In this document: positions 48,857 to 58,800 of the stretch, piece after piece | Layout: every line of letters begins with the position of its first letter | How positions within the stretch are numbered: position 1 is the stretch's first letter | Source of the DNA: an uncultured bacterium | GTDB taxonomy: Bacteria; Acidobacteriota; Thermoanaerobaculia; Multivoradales; J023 | Assembly: GCA_965371445.1 (NCBI GenBank) | Contig: CBDUYN010000009.1 | Coordinates: 20,051-84,050 of the forward strand | Direction: 5' to 3' | Length of the DNA: 64,000 nt | The notes under the pieces: model-generated | What the model saw: the letters and a program-made list of their open reading frames with translations, nothing else | Database searches by the model: none | What the model was told of the DNA's origin: nothing | Translations under genes and position numbers: made by a program

Positions 48857-51800
48857 GTGAGCGAGGATAGCCGTGAGGATCTCCCCAAAGCACCCGACCG
48901 AGTAGGGCCCTACCGTCTTGCCGGCCGGCTCGGTGTGGGGGGAATGGGTGAGGTCTATCGGGCGCACGACGAGCGGCTCGAGCGCTGGGTCGCCGTCAAG
49001 CACATCCGTCCCGGAGAGACCGATGCCCGGTCGCGGGAGCGTCTGCGGCGGGAGGCGCGTGCCGTGGCAAGCCTGAGCCACCCGGCGATCGTCCAGGTCC
49101 ACGACATCGTGGAATTGCCGGACGGCGACTGGATCGTCATGGAGCTCATCCAGGGCCGCTCTCTCCAGGACATGATCGACGAGGGGCCGCTCGACGCCTC
49201 CCTGGCGGTGACCCTGGGGCGGGAGATCGCCGAGGGGCTCGCCGAAGCCCATTCGAAGGGGATCGTCCATCGGGACCTGAAGACCGAGAACGTCATGGTG
49301 ACCGAGTCGGGGCACGCCAAGATCCTCGACTTCGGTCTCGCCAAGCGTGTCTGGCAGAACCGTCACGAGGCGTCGTTGTCGGTGCAGGGGGCGATCCTCG
49401 GAACGGGTCGCGCCATGTCGCCGGAGCAGGTCCTGGGCGAGGAGGTCGACCATCGCTCGGACCTGTTTTCGCTGGGGACCCTGCTGTTTGAAACGCTGAC
49501 CGGCCGCCGTCCGTTCGTCGGCTCGTCGCTGATCATCACCCTGGCCCAGGTGTGCACCGAGGAGCAGCCGTCGGCGCGCTCGTTGAACCAGGAGGTGTCG
49601 CAGGAGCTTTCGGACCTGATCGATCAGCTGTTGCAAAAAGACCCCCTACAACGGCCGCAGAGCTCTGGCGAGGTGGTCGGATCGCTGATCAAGATCGCCG
49701 CCAAGATGTCGACCGAGCCCGACTCGACGGAGGACCTGAGCGATACCGAGGCGGTGCGGGCTGCCGATCCACGGCGTCTCCAGCCGGTAACGATCTCGCC
49801 GCGTTCTGCCTCGGGATCGAGCGGCACGCGCCGGCCGGTGGAGTCCTCGGCCGGCATTTTCATCAAGACGCTCGTTCAGATCGAGCTCGTCGACGCAGGC
49901 AAGCTCAGCGAGCGCTACGGCGATGCCAAGGCCTTCGAGGTCTTCGCTCGCCATGACCGGTTGGTTCGCGACCTGCTCGCCGAGCACGATGGCCTGGAGA
50001 TCCACAAGACCGACAGCTTCATGCTGCTTTTCGAGCGGCCGATCGACGCGGTGGAGCTCGTCCTCGCCTACCAGCGGCACCTTGCCGACTTCTCTGCAGG
50101 GCTCGGCGAAGATTTGGCAGCCCGTTCCGGAATCCACTTGAGCGAGGTCTTCCTACGGGAAAACGCGCCGGAGGACGTTGGGCGCGGTGCCAAGCCAATC
50201 GAAGTCGAGGGTGTGGCAAAACTCATCGTAGCCCGGTTGACGGCGCTCTCGCGGGGCGGACAGATCCTCCTGACCCAGGAGGCCTACGACATGGCCAGGC
50301 GGGCCATGGCGGGCCAACAACTGGCAGAGCAACAGCTTCACTGGATGGCGATGGGTCGCTATCTCATGAGCGGCGTCGATGAGGTCGTTCGTGTTTTCGA
50401 GGTTTCGACGGAGCCAATTGCGGACATTCCATTACCGGATACTCCGGATGTGCAGCGGGTGGCCGAGGACGATCGACCGCTCGCCCGTCGACGGCGGCGC
50501 GAGCGCAAGATCTTGCAAGCCGTGGCGGCGGCCGCGCTGGTCGTCGCCGTCGCCGCCCTGGTGACGATTCTAGGCCGCGACGAGGCGGTGCCGGAGCCGG
50601 CCCCGATCGGCACGCCAAGCGGGGTCGCTGAAGCTCGGCCTACCTTGGCGGTGCTTGGATTTCGCGACCTGTCCAAGGGGTCCGGTGAAGGCAGCTGGCT
50701 TTCGACGGCACTTTCCGAGCTCCTCGCCTCCGAGCTGGCCGCCAGCAACGAGTTACGTCTGGTTTCCGGCGAGATGGTCGCGCAGATGAAGAGAACCGAT
50801 CCGATCTTTGAGGGCGAATCGCTGGCCCCCGCTACGCTGGCGAGGATCCGGGACATCCTGGGCACGGACTACGTCGTCCTGGGTTCTCATTACAACCATG
50901 AAGAGGAGCTGACCATCTATGTGAATTTGCAGGACACTCGTAGTGGTGAGTCGATCGCGAATTTCAGGAAGCAGGCTACGGCAGAAGAGTTGGTTCAACT
51001 GGTCTCGAAGACAGCTCACGAGCTGCGTGGACGACTTGGTATCGACGACATTCCCCACGAAGCGCAGAGGGCCCTACGCGCCACCATTTCGGGCGAGCCC
51101 GAAGCCAACGACTATTACTTCGAAGGGTTGGAGAGACTCAGGGCCCTTGACGCGATGGGCGCTCGCGACGCCTTCGCCAGGGCGGTAGCGATTGATCCGG
51201 AGTTTGCCCGTGCCTTCGCGTATTACGGCCAGGCGTGGACTGCTCTCGGGTATGACCGCGAAGCGGAAGAGGCTACTCGGCGAGCCGCAAGTCTGGCTCG
51301 GCAGAAGAACTTTCCGCGGGAAGAAATTCTCTGGATCGAAGGCGCTCACTACGAGGTATCGGGGAACTGGGACCTCGCGATCGAGAAACTGAGAGCCCTG
51401 TGGGGATTCAATCCGGAGAATCTGGATGTCGGCATTCGTCTGGCTGAGATTCAGACCGCGGCAGGTCAGGGGCAGAAGGCCTTGGCGACCCTTAAGGCGT
51501 TGCGTGAGAATCTGGCGGGGGGGCCGCTTGCCGAAAATGCAAGAATAGACTTGGCGGAGGCGGCGGCAGCGACGGCAAACGGAGACAAGGGGGCGGTCAT
51601 CAGCGCCGCCCAGAGGGCGATCGATAAGGGGCGCGCCCAAGGGAACTCGTATCTGGTGGCGGAAGCGCTGCTTTTGGCCGGGCGGGCGATGACGCGCGCC
51701 GGGCGCCTCGAGGAGGCTGACAGTGCCTTCGATGAGGCCATGAAGATTTTCGAAAGGGTGGGGGATGAACATAAGAAAGCACTTGTACTGTTCGAATCGG

Positions 51801-52891
51801 GCTATAAGAAAGAGACGCGAGAGATGGACTTTTCGGGCGCGGAAAATCTCTACCGGCAAGCTCTCGTGATTCATCAGAAAACGGGTAGCCAGAAGGGGAC
51901 TGCCCGCGCTCAGGGAAAGTTGGCATATATGATCTCAACGAGAGGAGGTCTGGCGGAAGCCGATAAGATGTACGAGGGTGTTATGGAAGTTGTGGCTGGC
52001 GATCAGTCGGAGGAGATCTACCATCGGGATGGTTGGATATGGGTAACTCTTCAGCGTGGTGATATCAGAAAGACCAAGGAGTTGATCGAGACGCAGCTGG
52101 ATCAGACACAGGATGCGAATTACATTCCCTATCGTACTTGGGCGCATTTCGAGCTCTGTCTGACAGAAATAGAAGGTGGGAATCTGGCGACGGCGCGCCC
52201 TGCATGTGATCGGGCGCTGGCGCTCGCTCAGGCACTTCCTCCCGCCTACGGAGAATGGACCTCTGGTCACGTCCTGAATGGCCTTGGCGTGATCGACTTC
52301 TATTCTGGAGACCTTGAGGGAGCTCTGAGGTCCTTCGAAAGGTCCCAAGAGTTGCTCGGCGAGGGACGGGAACCGGCGCTGACCGAATCGATGCACGCAC
52401 GGCTCTTGCTCGACCTTGAGAGATTCTCCGAGGCGAGTGAAGTGACGCGGCGGGTGACCGCTCGCTACGAGCGGGCCGGCCGGATGGACTACCGCGCCGG
52501 CGCCCTGGCCGTGAAAGCCGAGATTCTTTACCGGCAAGGAGATCTGGCAGCCATGAGCTCGATCCTTGAAGAGGTTGAACCTCACGCCGAATCGAGTGAA
52601 AGCCCTGCTGCCCGCTTCGGCATAACCATCACTCTTGCACGGAGCCGAGCCCCAGACGATCCTGAGGGGTCCTTGCGTAAGCTGAGGACTCTCGCCGGAG
52701 AAATCGAGCATCTTGGGTTCATTCGCTGGAAGCTGGAGGTCAACCTTGCCATTGCGGAGATCGAGCTCGCGAGACGAAGCGATACGGCGGAAGGCCTCCT
52801 GCGGACTCTGATCGACGAGGCGCGGCAATTAGGGTTTACTCTGCTTGCGGAGAAGGCCGAGAAGCTGCTGAAGGAGGGACGGACGAACTAA
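48857..52891 (+). CDS. Membrane receptor: Hanks-type Ser/Thr kinase + class III nucleotide-cyclase-like domain + TM + TolB-like/TPR domain
   Basis: GVGGMGEVY, VAVK, HRDLKTEN, DFG and MSPEQ kinase motifs; cyclase-like region ~49855-50400; TM AVAAAALVVAVAALVTIL; AVLGFRDLS followed by many TPR-like helices. Confidence 0.92.
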   Translation: MSEDSREDLPKAPDRVGPYRLAGRLGVGGMGEVYRAHDERLERWVAVKHIRPGETDARSRERLRREARAVASLSHPAIVQVHDIVELPDGDWIVMELIQGRSLQDMIDEGPLDASLAVTLGREIAEGLAEAHSKGIVHRDLKTENVMVTESGHAKILDFGLAKRVWQNRHEASLSVQGAILGTGRAMSPEQVLGEEVDHRSDLFSLGTLLFETLTGRRPFVGSSLIITLAQVCTEEQPSARSLNQEVSQELSDLIDQLLQKDPLQRPQSSGEVVGSLIKIAAKMSTEPDSTEDLSDTEAVRAADPRRLQPVTISPRSASGSSGTRRPVESSAGIFIKTLVQIELVDAGKLSERYGDAKAFEVFARHDRLVRDLLAEHDGLEIHKTDSFMLLFERPIDAVELVLAYQRHLADFSAGLGEDLAARSGIHLSEVFLRENAPEDVGRGAKPIEVEGVAKLIVARLTALSRGGQILLTQEAYDMARRAMAGQQLAEQQLHWMAMGRYLMSGVDEVVRVFEVSTEPIADIPLPDTPDVQRVAEDDRPLARRRRRERKILQAVAAAALVVAVAALVTILGRDEAVPEPAPIGTPSGVAEARPTLAVLGFRDLSKGSGEGSWLSTALSELLASELAASNELRLVSGEMVAQMKRTDPIFEGESLAPATLARIRDILGTDYVVLGSHYNHEEELTIYVNLQDTRSGESIANFRKQATAEELVQLVSKTAHELRGRLGIDDIPHEAQRALRATISGEPEANDYYFEGLERLRALDAMGARDAFARAVAIDPEFARAFAYYGQAWTALGYDREAEEATRRAASLARQKNFPREEILWIEGAHYEVSGNWDLAIEKLRALWGFNPENLDVGIRLAEIQTAAGQGQKALATLKALRENLAGGPLAENARIDLAEAAAATANGDKGAVISAAQRAIDKGRAQGNSYLVAEALLLAGRAMTRAGRLEEADSAFDEAMKIFERVGDEHKKALVLFESGYKKETREMDFSGAENLYRQALVIHQKTGSQKGTARAQGKLAYMISTRGGLAEADKMYEGVMEVVAGDQSEEIYHRDGWIWVTLQRGDIRKTKELIETQLDQTQDANYIPYRTWAHFELCLTEIEGGNLATARPACDRALALAQALPPAYGEWTSGHVLNGLGVIDFYSGDLEGALRSFERSQELLGEGREPALTESMHARLLLDLERFSEASEVTRRVTARYERAGRMDYRAGALAVKAEILYRQGDLAAMSSILEEVEPHAESSESPAARFGITITLARSRAPDDPEGSLRKLRTLAGEIEHLGFIRWKLEVNLAIAEIELARRSDTAEGLLRTLIDEARQLGFTLLAEKAEKLLKEGRTN

Positions 52892-52893
52892 CT

Positions 52894-55800
52894 CTAGCGA
52901 TCGCTACTTGAGGTTTCCTCTAGGGGTCTGCTCAAGGCCTGGAGCCGGCTGCAGAAGTTCCCGATCAGGTCCTCGATCGTCGAACGCCGGTAGTAGGCAC
53001 GGCTAAAAGTCCACTTCAGGTTCAACCGGGAATCGACGATTCCGCCGTTTATCGTCAACCGATGCCGGAACCTTCCGCGCTGAGATCGGGACGGCCCAAT
53101 CGATTCATTGGCGAAATCGAAAAGGGGGTCCGGGCGTGGTGGAAGGATTCGGTCGAGCCGGCCCATGTAGTTGAGGCTCACTTCGGGTCGGGGTAGCGAG
53201 GCCATCCGCTGGCGGATCCGCGGCTCCGGGCTCAGATAACGCAGCAGCCCGTAGCCAATACCTCGCCGGGGAGTGATTTCGAGTTGCTGGTGGATCGCCT
53301 GTACCTCGTCTTCTGACTCCTCCGGCAGCTCCAGAAGGACCGGGAAGGTCATCGTGAACCAACCCACCGTGCGCGAGAGGTCGACGTCACCGAAGAGGTC
53401 CTCTCGGCCGTGCCTCTCCAGCTCTACCAGGAGCGAACGGCTGCCGGTCCAGCCGGCCAAGGTCTGAACGAGGGCGGTCAACATCACCGCCTCGATCCGG
53501 TTTGAGGCGGCCGTGGGGGCCGTCTGCAACAGGAGCCGGGTCGCCTCGGGGTCGAGCACCGCCGGGACCGACTCCGTTGTCATAGCGGTGTCCAGGTCAC
53601 CCGTGAAGTCTACGGGCAGCGGGGAGACGGGATGTCCGAAAGACAACCAGGTGTCGAGCTCCTGGCTCGCGGGCTCTTCGAGCAGACGCTGCGCCCAGGC
53701 CCGCAACGAGGTCGTTTTGGCCGGAAGGGAGACACTGCGCCTCTTCTCGAGCTGTTGGTAGACGTTCTCCAGGTCTTCGAGCAGGATCCCCCAGGAGACC
53801 CGGTCGACAGCCAGATGGTGGACAGCGATCAGGAGCCGCCCACATCTTTGTTTGCCGAGGTCGAACCAGGCGACACGAACGAGCGGCCCCCGTTCGAGGT
53901 CGAGGCTCGCCTGGAGCGCTGCCGACGCCTCTTCGATCGCCCTTGTGAGGTTCGTCTCGTCGAGTCGGGATAAGTCCAGGGAGAGGACAACTGGACGCTC
54001 CGGATCCGTGATGTGCTGGCTCCAGCCGTCTTCTTGCCGTACAAAGCGCAGGCGTAGGGCGTCGTGGTGGTGGAGAAGGTGGGCGAGCGTCAGCGTGACG
54101 AGGGCCGGCTTCAGGGGCCGGTGTGTCTCGAGAAGGATCGCCTGGTTGTAGTGCCAGGGTTCTGCCAGGTCCCACTCGAAGAAGGCCTGCTGGATGGGTG
54201 TCATGGGGAGGGGACCGGTGACGAGACCCTGGTCCGCTGAGACCTCTCTCCCCGATTCCTCCGGTGGAGGGGTGCTTTGCGCCAACTCGGCGATGCTCTG
54301 GCGCTCGAAGATGTCGCGCGGGGTGAGCTGAAGGCCGAGCTGGCGGGCCTTGGCGACCACCTGGATACTGAGGATCGAATCGCCGCCGAGCTCGAAGAAG
54401 TTGTCATGGGTACCGATGGGCTCCACCCCGATCACCTCGCTCCAGATGGCGGCCAGGGTTTCTTCCACCTGGCCTCGGGGGGGGACGAAGCTGTCCGCCG
54501 TGCCATGTCGACCCGATACGGTCAGATTCATGGACATGCGGCTCAACCGAGCACGGTCCACCTTGCCGCTGGGCAACGACGGCAGCTCGCCGAGTAGCTC
54601 GATGGACGCCGGGAGCATGTATTCCGGGAGGGATTCCCGGAGGTGCTCTCGAAGCTGCGGCACCAGAACCCGCGTGGTCTGTTCATGGAGCGGATCGTTA
54701 GCGTAGGCCCTCCAGGGTTTCTCGGCTCCCGGTGGCTGCGCGCCGACCCACCGCCCTTGGGAACGCCACAGGAAGGCGTCGTAGCTACCGTCGGACCGGC
54801 TGGCGGCCCAGCTCAGCTCGACGTGATAGGAGAGCTCTTCGCCCAGGGCTCGCAGGTCGTCGGGCTCAACGCCCTCGGTTGCGGCCGGCAGCAGCGCTCG
54901 GCGAAGGTCCGCCAGGGTCGAGTTTCCGTCGGGCTTGTCCAGCTGCGCCAGCAGTCGATTCGCGGTGACGAGCCGGGCGTTGGGGATCTGCTGCAGCCAC
55001 ACCGCTTCACATTCTTGGCGCAGGAGCCTCTGGCGCAGGCCTTCGCGGGTGTGCACCTGCGGCCAGTCGAGCCGCAGGAACGTCTCCGGGACGGGGGCCG
55101 GTCCGCCGATCTCGTCGAGGTGTAAGACTACGTCGTAGCGAAAGAGGTTCAGCTCGTTGTGGAACCGGCCGTCCTTGGGGAGGATTCTCACCCGCCGGAT
55201 TCGCGGCAAGGCGCGGCGGAGGGCGAGGAAAAAGGCTGGGTCGATCACGAGCTCCTCTTCGCGCCGGTGACGCCACTGAGCCCACTGCCGGAGCTCGTGC
55301 GGTGTCAGCGACTCAGGAGCCCGATAAAGCTCCACCAGGGCGCAAAAAGCGTCGAGCAGCGGCAGGCTCCGTACGTCGCCGACGAAGAGCGTTCCTCCCG
55401 GCTCAAGCGCCGCCACGGCTCCGGAGAGGACCCTCAGCAGGTACTCGACGCTTGGCAGGTACTGGGTCACCGAATTCAAGACGACGGTGTCGAACGTCGT
55501 CTCGAGGCCTTCGAAGTCGTCCGCCTCTTTCCGGAGGAGGCGCACGTGGGGGAGGTGGCCTTCGGAAAGGGCCAGCCGCCGCTCGAGGGCGCCGAGCGCC
55601 TGAGAGGAGATGTCGGTGCCGACGTAGAGAGAGCCGTGAGGAGCGATCCGTTCGAGGAGGAGACCGGTGCCACAGCCGATTTCCAGAACGCGTCGGGGCT
55701 CGCTCACGAGGATTCGCTTCACGGTGTTTAACACCCACTCGTCCATCTCCTCGACCGGGATGGGCTGACCCGTGAAGCTGCTGTTCCAGCCTCCGGTCCC

Positions 55801-58800
55801 GGCCGGGCGGCGGTCCACGCCACCCGCGATACCTCCCGCGTCGCCGCGATGGAGGTTCTCGTGGACCTGTTGCCAGAGGTAGACCTGTTGCCTTTGCTGC
55901 TCCGTCCTGAACGCCCTGCTCTCGACGGCGTAGGCCAGGAGCTGCCGGGTGCCGTTTTCCTCCCGGACCACGACTGCCGAGGCGCCGACGGCCGGGTGGC
56001 GGCGCAAGACCGCTTCGATTTCCCCGGGCTCGACGCGCATGCCGCGGACCTTGACCTGAAGGTCGCGTCGGCCCACGAAGAGGAGGGCACCGTCGCCGCG
56101 GTAGCGCGCCAGGTCTCCGGTACGGTAAAGCCGTCCGCCCAGAGGGTTCGGAACGAAGGCTTCAGCGGTCAGCCGCGGGCGGCCGAGGTAACCGCGTGCC
56201 AACTGGTCGCCAGCGAGGTGGATCTCGCCCACGGCGCCTAGAGGGACCGACCGTCCCCGGGCATCGAGCAGGTAGGTCGAGGTGTTCGGCGTACCGCGTC
56301 CGATCGGGACCTGTGGCCGCTCGTCCCGGGGATCGACGGGCCAGGTCACTGTGGCGACGGCGGCCTCGGCCGGGCCGTAGGAGTTGAGGAGGTGAGCCTC
56401 CGGCAGCAGCTGGTGAAAGCGTTTTCGAAGAGTCGGCGGTAGGACTTCGCCGCTACAGATGACGCGGTGAATCGACGTCGAACCTCGGCCGTCGAGCTCG
56501 TCGAGGAAATAGGGGAGCATCGAAGGTACAAAGCCCAGGACGGTGATCCCATGTTGGTGGACGAAGTCGAGAAGATGGCGCGGATCGCGGTGGGCGTCGG
56601 GCGGCGCAAGATAAAGCCGCGCTCCGGCCGTCAAGGGCCAGAGAACCTCCCGCAGCGCGGCGTCGAAGATCGACGGTGCCTTGTGGAGCGTCCGGTCTTG
56701 TGGGGCGAGGGGGTAGGCTGCCTGAATCAAACGTAGATAATGGGCGATGGCCCGATGGACGTTGACAACCCCCTTGGGCTCACCTGTGGAGCCGGAGGTG
56801 TAGATCAGGTAGGCAGCGTTCTCGCCTGCGGCAGCCTCGGGCGGTTTCGTCTCGGGGTTGCGCGCGACGTAGGGTGCTTCCGTGTCGAGCGCGGTCGCCG
56901 CTTCCGGCAGGCATTCGACGAGGGTTCCCCCGCTCACTACGATCCTGCACCCCGCGTCCTGAACGAGGAAGGCAAGCCGTTCCCGGGGGCTTTCAGGGTC
57001 TAGGGGCAGGTAGGCACCGCCGGCTTTCAAGACACCGAGCATCGCCACCACCATGGCGAGCGATCGCTCGAGGCACACGCCGACGTGAATCTCGGGTCCG
57101 ACACCGCGGCGGCGCAGCTCGTGGGCCAGCTGGTTGGCCCGCCGGTCGAGCCCGCGGTAGCTCAGCGCCTCGTCGTCGAAAACCACCGCGGTCGCCTCCG
57201 GGGTTCTTTCCACCTGAGCCTCGAAGAGCTGATGGAGGCAGGCCTCGCGCGGGTACTTCACACGGCGGTCGTTCCATTCCACGAGCAGCTGATGGCGCTC
57301 GGCCGCCGCCTCCAACGGCAACTCGTCGAGGCGTAGCTCGGGGCGCTCGACGGCGCCACGCAGGAGGTTTGAGAGGTAACTGATGAAGCGCTCGGCGGTG
57401 GTCGCGTCGAAGAGGTCGGTGTTGTAGACGAGAGAGCCCTCGAGTGCTTCTTCCTGCTCCCACATGAAGAGCTCGAGGTCGAATCGCGCGACTCTCGCTT
57501 CGACCTCGAAGGGATCGATATGAAGACCCGGGAGCGTCCAGGGGGAGCGCGGGGTGTTTTGCAGGGCAAAGGTCACTTGAAAGAGGGGATGGAGGCGGAT
57601 GTCCCGCTCGGGGGACAGCTGCCGGGCGAGCTGGTCGAATGGCACGTCTTGGAAGGCGAAGCCCTCGAGGACGACGTGGCGAACTCGTGCGAGCAGGGTA
57701 GAGAACGAAGGTGCGTCGCTCGGCGTGCTCCCGTCGTCCGTGGCGCCCTCGGCCGGGCTCTCCGAAAGGCTACCGCGCATCACCATCATGTTGACGAAGA
57801 AACCGATCAGGCCCTCGATTTCCCGGTAGTTGCGGTTGGCGACGGGCGAGCCCACCACGACCTCGCGCTGGCCTGAGAGGCGAGAAAGAAGCGCCATGAA
57901 GCCGGCGAGGAGGGTCATATAGAGCGAGGCTCCGTGGCGGCGGCTCAGCCGCCGGAGGCCTCCGGCGACGCCGGCCGGCACCGCGAGCTCTTGCGCCGCT
58001 CCCCGGCAGCCCGTCACCGCGACGGTCCTTGGCCGATCCGTGGGAAGCTTCAACTCGACAAGGCCGGCGAAACGCCGACTCCACGCTTCCAGGCTGCTCT
58101 TCTGGGCAACGCCTGCCAGCCACTCCCTTTGCCAGACGGCAAAGTCGGCGTACTGGATCGGGAGCTCCGGTAGCGGGGAGGAGCGGCCCTGGGAGAACGC
58201 CTCATAGAGCGCCGCGAGCTCCCGATGGAGCACTCCCTGCGACCAACCGTCGGAGACGATGTGGTGTAGGTTCAGGAAGAGGACGTGCTCCTGCGCGCCG
58301 AGGCGTAGCAAGAGGCTTCGCACCAACGGGCCGCGGCGCAGGTCAAAGGGCCTCAAAGCCTCTGCGGTGAGCAGGCGCCGTACCGTGTCCGGGTGCCTCG
58401 TCAGGTCGACGACGGTCAACGCGAGCTCCGCATCGGCAAAGATCAGCTGGAATGGTTCTCCTTCATGTACCGGGAAGCTCGTCCGCAGGGCCTCGTGGCG
58501 CCGGACGATCTCCTGGAGGGCGCCTTCGAGGGCGGAGAGGTCGACCGCGCCTCGGAGCCGCAGGGAGGCGGGCATGTTGTACATTGCCTTTCCGGGCAGC
58601 AGCTGATCCAGGAACCAGAGGCGCTGTTGCGCGAACGACAAAGGCAAGAGCCCGTCACGCTCGGCGGGCACCAAGGGCGGCCGCTCGGGCGCTGCGCCTT
58701 GACGCAGAGCCCGTTCGATCTCCTCGGCCAGCCGTGCCACCGTAGGCGTTGTAAAGAGGCTTCGCAGAGGCAGCTCTGTCTCCAGATCCTGCCGTACGCG

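Noticed and set aside
48664-48888. N-terminal extension of the 5100-aa NRPS ORF overlapping the kinase start
   Set aside because: ATG 48663 has a strong RBS and an upstream -10; the extension covers the divergent promoter region.
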